Assembly: GCA_015680685.1 (NCBI GenBank)
Contig: MNCI01001065.1
Span: 140,029 to 204,028, forward strand
Length of the DNA: 64,000 nt
Direction of reading: 5' to 3'
Source: Gnetum montanum
Taxonomy: Eukaryota > Plantae > Gnetophyta
A program made the translations under genes and the position numbers. This document shows positions 40,023-52,949 of this stretch, piece after piece. The number at the start of each line of letters is the position of its first letter. Positions within the stretch are counted from its first letter, which is position 1. A model generated the notes under the pieces. It ran no database searches. It was given only the letters and a program-made list of their open reading frames with translations, and was not told the DNA's origin.

Positions 40023-43000
40023 TGTTGAGTTTTGTGATATGATAATTACTAGAGCTAAGGAACAAATAGAAATAATTATGTAAATCTTGATAATAGAAGA
40101 ACATAGTGAAATTACACCATACTATGGGCATTATACCATTATAGCATTTAGAATATTTGCACTATAAAGAATCAAGAAAATAAGTGCAAAATAAAGTATA
40201 TTGTGTTGATCTATCACCAGACTTCTATATCAAAATGTATAGAATCTGAAGATATATATAGGTTTAAGAGTACCATCATGTTGAGTAAGTTAAATAAACA
40301 CAACTGATAGTTAAAGATAATCATTAAACATAAATGATATGGCCAATATTAAAAAGTTATTAAAAATATATATTAAATTACATTCATACTATGGTGGTGT
40401 GTTACATCATGATGGTGTAAACCAACATTCATAATGTTACATGATATAGATCCTATTTGAGATGTTAAGTTTGATATAAAATATTAAACCCTCAACACCA
40501 CCCCTCAAACTTAACATTGAAAAACAATGGTACATTTTACTATATGAATACTTTTCCATGATATTAAAAGACAATTGATAAATAAAAAAACTATCATTTC
40601 ATTACACTTATTCACTATACAATATCAACAAGAGATTTTATTTACTGCCAATGGCTATGGAGTAAAATCTTTAAGGCTAAATTCCTTTAAATCGTACATT
40701 TCAAAATGAGCACTGTATGAATAAAAAAATTAAATTTGTAATTAGTAAAGTTATAATTACAAGGTATAAAGTGACAATGTACATATTTCTTTTCCTAAGT
40801 TATGTTATAAATCATTTTGTTCATTTAAATTTATTTTGAGATGCAAGATTAATGACTAGAAATATTGGAATTAACTATCTCTTTGAAAATATATTTTAAC
40901 ATAAGGTAAATATTAACAACAAAAAAAAAGAAAAAAATTTGTGTCATTGTAAACTAAATTAATATCATTGTTCAAATCATAGTTTATGAATTTAACAAAA
41001 TACAAGTAAAAATTAATTAACTATCATTAACAAGTAAAAACAAAGTCTATATTTGCATTTCATAAATTATCAAATACACTAAATGATGATTCACCTCTTG
41101 ACTAAGGAGCAATGTCTAGATTTCTGTATTGAAACACCCCAAAAAAAATTCATGTTATAGCCTATAACCAAAATTCTTTGTGATTTGGAGGAAAAATAAA
41201 GGTAGACACAATTGCCTTATTTTCCGAAAAATTTGGTATTATGACCTTGTGTCATTAGAATTTAAGGTGGTGCTTTAATGTAAAATATTAGATTTTCAGC
41301 CACACACTATAGATCTTATACATCCCAACTTTTGGAGGCTAAGAAAAATGCCTTATATGTTGTAAATGCCTTATCTTCCAATTTTCAAAAGTTATCGATT
41401 TTTTGTATCTAGGTTTGTGAGGGTTGAATGTGCTTTGAAGGCCACAAGATTTGGCATTTTTTAGCCCACACACTAAGCATTATAGTCGCACACACTAGGC
41501 AACCTACAAAAGCAACATACACGATTTGGGTTTTAAGCCCATACATTAGACATCCTAGCCCCATACACTACGCAACGTGTGGAGGTAGCATATAAAGATA
41601 AAAATAAGCTAAATTTTCTCATACACTACCAAAAGATGTCCTTCACACACCAAAATTCACTAGAAATCTATCAATAATCATCGCAAAATTTATCAACCAC
41701 AAATCAATACCCAATGGCCTATTTGAACAAGGATTTGTTACATTAAAAGGACTTTTGAAAAATTTACATTTGGGTTGAACTAGAGACTTTCGAAGCAATG
41801 TAGATATCTAAGAGTCATCAACCATTTTCTTCCCTAGCACTGATCATCTAAAGCAAAGCAGACCTATAACAAGCCATTTTCTCCCCTAGCACTAATCATC
41901 TAGAGTAGAGCAAACATGTAGCAAGTAAAGTTTGAGAGTGGATTGGTTGGAGAAGAACAAGTGTAGATTCCATAATAGAATGCATCCTACTATTTACATT
42001 TGGCATCAAAGATCTTTTCTTGTTCTCTATTTTTATAACCCACAAACTGCATTTCCTAAACCTTATTTTACATTGCATTAATACAAAGTTGCAGTTCTCT
42101 TTGTTCTTACTACATTCATCATTCATTTTACTATTCTCACTCATCAGATGTAGCTTTTAATCCACTATTGCAACATTTTTTTCAATTTTATTAACACATC
42201 AATGCTGACTATTGGAAGAGATTTCCGATAAAAGTGTTTGGCTCATGTGCTACTTCAAACTCATCTTGTTCCTCTTCTTTTTCATCCACATTGACCTCTT
42301 CACTTCTCTCATTGACAACTATAAGTGGTATTAACAAATAAGTATTGAAATCCATTAAAGGAATTTGATCATAGGATGAGGGAATGTATTCTTTCTCATT
42401 TTGGTGTATGATTTTAAACTGATTCTTGGCATCAAACTTAGAGTGTAAGATGAGAAGGACTATTTGTATCTTGGTACAAAGGACATTATAAAACTTCTCA
42501 TTTATAATTGTGAAGTCTGGTCTACTCTGAATTGACATCGATAATAGATCTTTAAGTCCTTGGGTGATTGAAAAGACCATTCAGGGTGCTTTGGATCCTT
42601 CTTTGAGAGGCCCATTGGATTTAAGATCAAAACTATTTTGCTCTAAAATTTTTGAGGTTCTAACACTAAATCTTTCAAGTGCTACATGTATGCTCTCATG
42701 ATAATGGGGAAGGTGTTCAAACCTTGCACTTCCTATTTGATGATCCCCACATTTATCCTTATCCTCTTCCACCATAAGCCATTTTGTTTAACAGTTGATA
42801 CACAAACTACAAGAACCATAGTTTAATGATTTAATGATTAAAACCATAGTTTAAGTGCACATATTTAATCTATTAACCATTTAAATAATTATGCAATTAT
42901 TGAATTCTATTATGAACATAATAAATAATTAGTTTTAACTAAAATTTGACTCAAACGAATTTAGATTTAAATAAGGGTTCAATTTTCACATCATTTCTTA

Positions 43001-43734
43001 CTTAAAATTAAAGCGTAATTAAGAACAAATTCCCTAAATCTTTAACAATCTAATCTAAAGAAAAATTCAACTTGCTAAGTAATCACAAAGTGCTTGTGCT
43101 TAACTGTGATTAAATTTTGTAGAAATTTTGATGCACAAATAGTGAGAAATGAAATTTGTTTAATTTGCTTTTATGCTTACTTATGCATTTAATGCACTCA
43201 ATAACTTTAGCACCACGATAAAAAAATAGTGTGCAAATATATAATCTATACAGCCATGCTCCAATACCATGTTGAGTTTTATGATATGATAATCACCAAG
43301 TCCAAGGAATAAATAGAAAGAATTATGTAGATCTTGTTAATAGAATAACATAGTTAAACAATAACACAACATGGACTTTATATCATTATGGTATTAAGAA
43401 TATTTATAGTATAAATAACTAAGAAAACAAGAGCAAAATAAAGTATGTTATGCTTGTCTACCATCACAGTTCTACATTAGAATGTACAAAATTTAAAGAT
43501 ATATTTAGGTTTGAGAAAACTATCATGTTGATCAAGTGGAATACACATAAAAAATAATCAAAGATAATCATTAACTATAAATGGTATAACCAATATTAAC
43601 AAATATATATTAATTTACATTTACATTGTGGCAATGTGTCACATCGTGATGGTGTAAATCAACTTTCACAATGTTGCATGATATAGACCTTATTTAAAAT
43701 GTTAAGTTTGATATAACACACCAAATCCTTAACC
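40023..43734 (-). mobile_element. Short non-autonomous LTR element (3.7 kb, TR-GAG/TRIM-like) inserted in the 3' LTR of Copia C
   Basis: Direct repeats 40023-40497 and 43270-43734 (TGTTGAG...CTCAACA); minus-strand PBS TGGTATTGGAGC at 43269-43258; PPT TTGAGGGGTGG at 40508-40498; decayed minus-strand ORF 42775-41896; no pol motifs seen. Confidence 0.85.
41821..41925. repeat. ~53 bp tandem duplication
   Basis: CCATTTTCT.CCCTAGCACT.ATCATCTA.AG.A.AGCA occurs twice. Confidence 0.85.
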
Positions 43735-43960
43735 CTCTTTATCTCATCCTAAATTTTGCAAAATTTAACTCCAAAAAGTCTTCTCATCAGTGACAATAAA
43801 AAATATACCATAAGCATAAATAACCTATCATGCTCAAATAGAAATCCAATCATTTCTATGTAAACAAAGATGCATTAGCTTGCATATCATATCTAAGCAT
43901 AAGCATATAAAACATAACAAAGTATAACATTTAAACCATCTATCAAAAATCTGCCCATAA

Positions 43961-46790
43961 TGTAACACCCTATCCTACCACTTTTGGCTAGGACGAAGTG
44001 ATCCCTAGGATCACTAGTAATAACACAACAAAAGCATGGCAAGTTGGGAACTAATGGTGCATGAAAATACATAAGAATAAACCACTCGATATACATAATT
44101 ATTATGAAAGATCAAATTATATAAAAATTTGTGCCAAACTAAAGACTAAGCATACATTTCAATTTATAAACCTGCATGTCTCTACATAAACCAAAAATCT
44201 GTACTACTCTCATATGATACAAAACATAAACATCATCAAATACATAAGAGTATAGTGAGGATCATACAAATATAAATAATCTATAATAATGTGCATAGAA
44301 ATATACATTAACCAATCCCTAAAGATATCCCTCTCCTCTACTCTCTCTTAGTGCTTACCTACACCCTTACAACCTCCACTTATAATTAAATAAAGTTAGT
44401 ATAAAATTGAGTGGAAAGCCTTTACACTTCCCCTACAAGATGATCAACAAGTGCTACACTGGAGGAGAGGAATGGGATACAAAGCAAGTTGCATGAATAG
44501 TCAATCTCATACACACTCTAAGAAACACATGCATAGATGATATCACATACCATATTGGCATAATCCTTACTAGAGTGAGAAAATTGCTAACATACCATCA
44601 CAAATATAATCACTGATAGACATAATCAATTATATAACTATTACACCATACCATATGCATTTTCACTATCATGCCCATGCATTCATATCTACATCATACC
44701 ATCAATCACCACACTGATCACTCATTGATAAACCAATCACAAGATATACTACCATTACAATGACTTACAAAATGATACCAATATCTCCACATAACCCATG
44801 TGGATGCCATATGAACTTATATAGATTACCAATGTGGTGCCTAGAATATTCGAACTTAGTGTAGCATGTTAAATGTTGCTATGAGTACTCGTAATTAATC
44901 ACTTTCTTGTAGCTCCTTTATTAGTCTTTTATTTATCTAAGCAGTTTTAGGATTCATCAACCTATGACTTGCAACCACTAGCCTTCTAAAAAATTAGCTA
45001 TAGGAACAAACACACCTATGTCAGGTACTAGTCGGAGGGATAAACACACCTATGCTCTTCCACTCTCAAGGTGAAGTCTAAGATAGGAGTCTCACTAATG
45101 CATCAAAGTGGGGGTTAATCCATAACTACCTCTAGGGTATCTCATCACTGATCAACCCACAAAATTATACTTGCACCATCCACCAATGACTGCTAGAAGT
45201 GTCATTGTGAAGCACATACCAATTTAGGCTATCTTAAGCCAACACATGTCACAAGCACAACACATCCAAAATAAACATAACATGACCATATATATCCACA
45301 CCTAGCAATCACAATCATTCCATGAAAACAATATCATAACTTAACATAAAAAAATTTTGCATCAAAACTATACTTCTTGAACTACATATAATTTTGTAAA
45401 AATAACCACTATTGTAACTTCCAAGATGATAGATGTCAAAAGAAAAAAAAATTCCACAAATAGAAAGTACATCAAAATATGATCCTAATGATCCTAATTA
45501 CACCTCAAATGAACTCCTAGAAAAAAATTTATGTGTTTAAATTTTAATTAATAAAATAATAAATAATATTATTTAATTATAGCAAGTGATAATTGAAACT
45601 CCTACACAAAAACATGCTTCTAAAATATAATATTCCAACCATGATAATCTCATTAACATCGCATGTAACATTTCACAAGTCCATATCATTTCATACATCG
45701 CATATTTATTCATAAACAATCCACAACCAAAACTATAAAATTTTAGGAAGTCTACAAAACAATACATCCAAATTCAATATTTTAACTATCTACCCCACAT
45801 GCCCACATTTCATGATCATATACACTAATCTAGTCTAAAAATACAGGGAAAAGATAAAGACAACCCACCAATTATAATTGTTGAAGCAAAAATTCTAAAA
45901 CAAGCATGAACTCCTCAAAAATCTAGCAAAACTTCATTTTGCTCCAAAAAAAATCTCATACCCTTGTAGATATTATTACAAAAAATTCAAATCCAAGTTT
46001 TGCACCAACAAAATCCTTCCACAAAGCTAAAAATTAGAAAAAGAATGGAAAATAGAAGAAACAGGAAAAAAATAGACTTGCAATCGATTGATGTTTGTAT
46101 AAAAATAAGAAAAACTAGTTACACAATAAAATCCATGGAAGGTAGTGAAAAAAGAAAAGAAAAATGGTAGTGCTTTTTATTATTTTTTTCATATGTATAA
46201 AGTATAAAGCTTATGCATAAACCCAAAGTTACTTTTTCGTTATGCACGTCATGTGCAATTGAAAAACCCATTTATTTTTACTTTCTAATTTTTTTTTCAA
46301 AAAAAAGAAATATTTTCATAAGTCTATTTTTTCCTTCCAAACTAATGTTATGCACTTCAAACATGCATAACAAACACATCGAGACTCCAAATCAAAATCT
46401 ATTTAAACCATTGAGTTCCATATCAAACACACCACATCCACATGCTAAAATCACATTCAAGTAACACAACATAGCACTATAGTTCAAATATATAAATACC
46501 AAAATCATACATAAAGTGTAAATACATATCAAATAAATTCTCTTATATCCCAATCCAACAAACTTACCAATCACATCATCTATCTAACACATTTCATGGG
46601 GCTAGTGTACATAATCATGTTAGTTACGTATGTAGAGACATCATAATCGTAACATAAAAGTTAAAGCACCAACATATAAAGTGCAACCATAACAAATGAA
46701 CTCGTCTCCAATAACCTACTGAGACCACATACATAATATATAAATCATAATTATACTACCATACCCAATGTATCTGAAAGGGTTGTAATA
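43961..46790 (-). mobile_element. Solo LTR, Tekay/Del-like (2830 bp)
   Basis: TGTAACACCC...GGGTTGTAATA termini, perfect TSD CATAA (43956-43960 / 46791-46795), non-coding. Strand inferred from AC-rich composition only. Confidence 0.75.
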
Positions 46791-46899
46791 CATAACCATA
46801 AAGAAATGAAAAACATAATGAGATTAAAATCAAGGAAACTAATAGTAAATCAAAGAGCATCGAAAAGTGGGATGTTGAATACTTTTATATTATTAAAGG

Positions 46900-49800
46900 C
46901 CTTCATTCATGCTTCTTTGTTATTGTTTCACTCCTCTTTCCTTTCAATAGTAAGTCCTTCTATATGATGAGGAAATAAAAGGAATTTTGATATTTTTCTA
47001 TTAATTTATCATTAACTTCTAGAATTATTTTGATAAGTGTTTTAACATTTTTCTAGCTACTACTCTCTTATATTCTAATATCTTTAGTGTTCAATTTATT
47101 TCCAACTTCCCTACCCTTTTTGCCTTTCTTAATATTATCTAGGAAAGGTGTAGTCTTTTCTTCTTTTTACTTCCTACTCTTGAATTTTCATGTCACTAGT
47201 TTGCCTAATGACTTAACCTTTTTCTGTTGCCTATTTTACAAATGACTAGTTCTCTTTGTTCCAGCCACTTCAAAAATAATATCCAATTCATTATTCTTAT
47301 TTTCACTTCCTTTGAATTTGTTGTCTGGTTTTTTTGTTCATTCCCCTTCTTGTTCAAATTCTTTCTAGAAGAGAGCTCTCCTATTTCAACTAGGGTATTA
47401 GAATTTTCTTCTTTTTCTCTACATTTTAATTTTGACAATATATGATTTTCTACTTCCATATGAGAAAAATGGTTTTATTAATTTCAATATTTTGTAACCA
47501 GCCAACGATGATCTAGCCCTATCAAAAATGTCCTTCACACATGTAAAGCTTCCATCTAAGCACCAAATGTTGTATATCCTCTACAGGAAACTAAAATTAA
47601 TATGGTTATCCCTATTTGAGACAAATATATGTCACAAATGCAGGTGTGATGCATATGGAGGGTCCTCTACCTTCATTCAATCTAATCTAATTTTTATCTT
47701 TCTACTCAAAATAGAACTCTAAATCCATAAAAATTTCCTTCATCTACTCATTATCTAAAATATGACTACAAGAAATTTGCAAACCCTTATCCTAGATTAT
47801 GATCTTGCTTATGTCTTTACTTCTTAAAGAGAATGCCACTTCCACGTCACCTTACTTGTATACAAACTTGTCATTTCTTTCTCTCCAAGACTACTTTGAT
47901 AACCTCCTGCAGGATCTTTTCTTCTTTAAATATCTTTACAAATATATATCTTGTAAAGTCCAGCTCTTGTAAATTTACCCAGTTCAACTATTGTAACTTT
48001 TTCCATACTTTTTGAGAAAATTTTTCTCTAGATATATTATCAACATTTCTTAAATATATCATTTCTTAAAGTATTGTTCTTCTTCTTACACCATTTGAAT
48101 GTCCCAATCTTCTTCCATTTTGTTCTTCATTTCTTAAGCATGTTGTTATGTAGCTTTAGCATATTATAGATTGCAAACACAACTTTTTTATTCTTTTGTC
48201 CTTTCCAAATTTTAACCTCTTGCTTCCTTAGCTTCTGAGTATAGTAATCATTCATTGCAAACTTATATAAATTTTAAATTACTCTTATTATTCTCTCACA
48301 TAAATGATTTACTCATCATCTTAGATTAATTGATGAATCACACTTAGATTATTTAAATTCTCGCTTCTTCTTTTGAAAAATATGATTTATTATAGCAATA
48401 TTCTATTCCTTTAACTTACAAGAGATCTTGATCATGTAATTAATGCTTTTCATCATGTCATCAAAGTTTACGTCTTTATTTATTTTAAAATCCTTCATGA
48501 TTTTATAAATTGAAGCTCAGTTGTGTTCATAAAAAATATTTATCACTTATTTTTATATATTTTATAATTTTCCATCATTATTTCAATAATACATTATCCC
48601 CTTATCATCCTTCTTCATATATTATTTCAAAAGTGAACTTGAGATTTAATTCTCATATCATTTCTAGTCTTGAGCTTTCATCATACTGTGTTTTTATTCC
48701 TTCTAAGCTTCAAACTGATATCTTCAATGTCATTTAAGAATCTATCTATACCAACTATTAACAAGGTCAAAATTCTTTAATGTCTTTAGAACATGGTTTA
48801 CTTTGATATCATGTTAATTGATGATGAGGACTATGATGTTATTCCTGCCAACATCATTATCAAAATTATTAATTACATTTCTACAAGTTTACATCATGAT
48901 TTCATCCTTTATAAGAATGAAGCATTGATATTCCATTTGTTTGGAACTTGCAACTTCCATATGTATCATAGATTTTTCAATCTCTCATGGACTTTGTTAT
49001 CATTACTACATTCTCTGTGCAATTTTCATTCTCAGTCCTCTTGTAATATGTCTTAATGTTATCATTCTAGCTTAATTATTTTTCAATTTGGAAATTCATC
49101 TTCTCTTCCTTAACTTTTACAGTTATGAGCTTGCTACTACTCATTGTCGTCTTTTCTAGAATAGCTAGTTATATGGTCACTCTATCTATCTTCCATATAT
49201 CATGGTTGATTTGTCCTTCATTCTTTACATGGACAAACCTCACCTTCTTTGTTTCTCTCATAATTTTGGATTGATGATGTTTCTTTCCAATCAACCAATG
49301 TTTATGACTGTCGAATGAACTTAATTAATAATTGCTTACCTATAGTATTCCACCCATTTTTTGAACATGGTTTTAATGGCACAAATTTTCACTCTTTGTG
49401 TGGATGTTATTTTTTCTTTTTATGTATCTTCTCTCATGATACAATTCTTATCTTTATCATTGACTTGTAAGTGACATGCTTCCTACAAGTTCTTTCTCCC
49501 ATTCAACTTGGGTTTCTTCATCTCTAGCACTTGATCTTCACACAGATCATAATTTATTGTATATTTTTATATTTCTCATAGATTATATTACTTAATATAC
49601 ACCTTATTTTCTATGATATAGATCCTGATGAGTCTTACGAACAACTGCAATCCTTTCTGTTTAGAAACACATCTCTTTGATTAAATTGTGATCCATGGAA
49701 AATATCATTAAATTATACTTGAACCTAGTTTTAGTATTTTTGGAACCTCACTGTTCTATTAGTAGGGCTTCTTGTTAAAATATTGCCAAAATATCCTCAT

Positions 49801-50580
49801 GATCATTAAATTATCATTCAAAGCTTTATAGGTATTTGAATTATGTCTTTATATTCTGAAATTTGATGTGTCTATCTTAGTATAACTTCTCATAGTGGTT
49901 ACATTATGAAATTGAAAGTGAAATTTTTTCCTTAAATTCATTGAGATCCTTCAACTTTATCAAACTAGTTTCAGATTTCCTTCTATAGAAATTTTTTTTT
50001 TAATTTATAGCTTAATGCTGCCAAGTGGAATCAAACTTATGACTTGGTATCACCAGGACAAGACTCTTACCACTAAACTAATACTTCATTATTGATCATT
50101 CTTAATGATAAATTTTAGTCTTTCAATATACAAATATCTGAGGGGAGGAGATGTTGAACCCTAAAATTAAAATGTATTATAAAAAAATAGAGTCAAATGT
50201 GGAAAAACACCAAAGAGTGATTAAAATCTAGCAAAACATTTTTAAAATGGCCTAATAATTTTAGGAATTCCTTTTCGTATTTTTCATCTTTACAACTAAT
50301 CCTAAAAAACCTCTCCTTAGGGTCATAAAAAGCATCAAACATTGCCCTCTTTTAAAAGTACCTTCTTGGATTTCACTTCCTTCTAAGATTTTCCTATAAA
50401 TAAAATGTGATTTCCCTCTCTTAGATCTTTATATTGTATTCCTTTTCTCTCGTCTATTTCTCATTATTAGAAATTAACATAGCATAACATTAAAATTGTG
50501 TCTATTGCAATATGTTTGGGTAGCTTTGTAGTACCTATATAGTCTATCATGACTTAGGGGGATCCATCGCCACTTCAATT
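46900..50580 (+). mobile_element. 3' region of a Tat/Ogre-like Gypsy: antisense ORF relics, PPT and start of the 3' LTR
   Basis: PPT GAGGGGAGGAGA at ~50140-50151, then TGTTGAACCCTAAAATT at 50152; CCTATAAATA near 50393; homology to 18960-19330. Both boundaries are uncertain. Confidence 0.55.
49991..50085 (-). mobile_element. tRNA-derived SINE
   Basis: Minus strand: A box TAGTTTAGTGG, B box AGTTTGATTCC, short body, poly(A) tail; similar to 55873-55962. Confidence 0.7.
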
Positions 50581-52949
50581 TGCAATGATTATGCTAACTA
50601 AAAAATGATTGCCACTACCTCTAACATAAGTTGTAATGAATTTTATGGCTCTTAAAACGATTGCAATTTCAATTACTTGATGATGTCCTTTATTTATCAT
50701 GCAACATTCTATGTGCATTAATCCTTCTAGGTTATCACAAGTAGCTGAACATGAGTTAAACCTATCCAAATCCATGATGAAATAACAAACAAATTATGCT
50801 TGATTTATTTTTTGAAGCAAGATAGAGTTGAATCTATATTGGCCAAGGCATATCTAACAGAAGTAAACAAAAACAATCATTCCAATTTCTAACACAATAG
50901 ATATCTATTAGTGAAGGGTAAACAGTGGCACTTCCATGAGTATCCAGATAAAAATAAATAGGCCTAAGAGATTAAAAAATTAAAAAACAAAAACAAAAAC
51001 TACCACTCACTGTAAACTTTATTTTTTCTTTTTTGGGTGGAACCAATATAAACAAACCTTTTAATAAGAAAATCAAAGTTTCGTTCCATGATTAAGTGGA
51101 GATAATAATTTCATGAATGCCTTCAAAGTAGTCATTTATTACTTTTACAAGCAATTCCAAATCAAAATCCACTCAACCAAATCTCATGACAAAATGAGAT
51201 GAGGATTCCACTATTTATTAGAAATGAAAAGCCTATTGTGACTTGTTAGAATTTTGGCAATTGCCAAATTTTGTTTTCAACATTTTTACTTATTCTTCAA
51301 AGTCAAGTTGTCAAGGTGCTTATAGCCAAGAGAAATTTGTAATAGGCTCATAAGCCATGAAAAATGGCCAAAACAAAAAAGGCATAGATGTAAAGCCAAA
51401 AGTCATAAAATAGTCATTGGTCTCAACATCAAAGTATTCATCCATAATAAGTTGGTTACAATGTACAGTGGTCATGGTATCTAATTCTATTTTTATGTTG
51501 TATTCGAACATATGCTAAGGTGCATAAACTTATACTTGTTTCTTGTATTCTAATAATGTCATGTATAAGATGTGGCAAGTGTGGCCAAAGTAGTGGAGAA
51601 GTGCATTAAGTGCAACAAATAACGGTCACAAAATTAGGGAAGTCACATAGGAGTAATGGGTATTATTAAGAGGTTGTCGAGAGGTTATGGTAGTTATATT
51701 CCATATTGAAGTTACTCATGTTGTGCTCATTCATGAAGCATCATGTGAGTGGCATTTGATTCTCTTAATGAGGTCACTTCTAGAAGAGTGAGCTTTCATA
51801 TCCATTGACTATTGGCTATGTAGCATGTAAAGTGTGTTGGCTAGAAACAATGTAGCATTTTGTGTATGTAATTAATTCAAGATGGATTTTACTAAGTTTC
51901 TTTTTTTCTTTTTTCTTTTTTTCTTTTTTTTTTTTTTGCATCCCTACAAAATTTTCTACCCTTATGCTATTGTGTTTTAGAGCTTTGTAAGCTTCCCCAT
52001 GATCATTCTCTCATTCTCGTAGCATATTTCACATATGAATTTCTCCCATATCAAGCCAGCATGATTACTAATAATTTTTTCACAAGTATTTCTTTCATTC
52101 TTGACTCTCATTCTCTCAAAGATGTTCTCATTCTCACATCCAACTCTCATTCTCTCAATTAGCTCTCAATTACTCTTAATTTCCTGCAAGTGTTTTACAG
52201 TTAAAAGTTTGGTGAATGATTTGAGGCCAAGTTGATTTTGATATGAAAGACAAGTTAACAATTGTTGGTTTTGATAATTAGAAGCTTAGACACATTTCTA
52301 CTTATGCATGCAAGGCTCAAACAAAGTTTTTGTTCCTCTAAGTTGTGATTTGACCAAAGAGCACTTGTTGTAGTCCAAGTGGTAAGAATGATCCATAAAA
52401 ATACCTAATGTTGTGTCTGTATTGTAGCCTAAGAGGCATGAATTCCTCAAAAGAATCCAAGATGAAAACATCAATAGAATTTTCAAGATGATAAAATGGT
52501 TAAAAATGCCAAGAAGGCAAGAAAGGTGGCCTTAAAATGGCTAAGATCTAAGAGATCCAATGTGGCTCATGAAAAGCTTCCTAAAATTCTCTTAAGAATT
52601 TAAAAAAACCAAAGGGAAAAGATAAGTAATTAAGATCCTCAAAATATCAAAAAAAATCATTCTCCAATGAGTCTAGCTATGGATACTTCATACTTTCATC
52701 CAAATTTATAAATAATTTTCTAGGTATTTTATTTCTTGTGATTTTGTGCAGATTTTAGATGTTCATTTACAATGACATCTAAGAAGAAGACTACTTAAAA
52801 ACTATATAAAAAGTTTCAATATCCCAAAGCTAGTTTCAAATCACCTACTCATGATAGATATGAAATCCTTCTATAACTAAAGACATCATCCCATTAGTAA
52901 GTTAAATCTTACCATCATAAGTAATAGAAAGAAAAACAATACAACAATA

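Larger units (their letters stand above)
28291..43798 (+). mobile_element. Copia C: old, A-rich Ty1/Copia hosting nested insertions
   Basis: 5' LTR ~28291-28884; PBS TGGCATCAAAGCC at 28886; PR IIDSRCSNH ~29940; HKRLGHISY ~30441; INT SPYELFYNKLPNIQHMKIFGCHCY; RT HKARLVVKGF, KALYGLKQ at 31480-32411, resuming at 38888; RH to ~39470; PPT GAGGGAC; 3' LTR 39486-40022 plus ~43735-43798. No TSD recovered. Confidence 0.85.

Noticed and set aside
50575-52900. Possible gene, transposase or LTR remnants
   Set aside because: No motif or boundary that I can support by eye.
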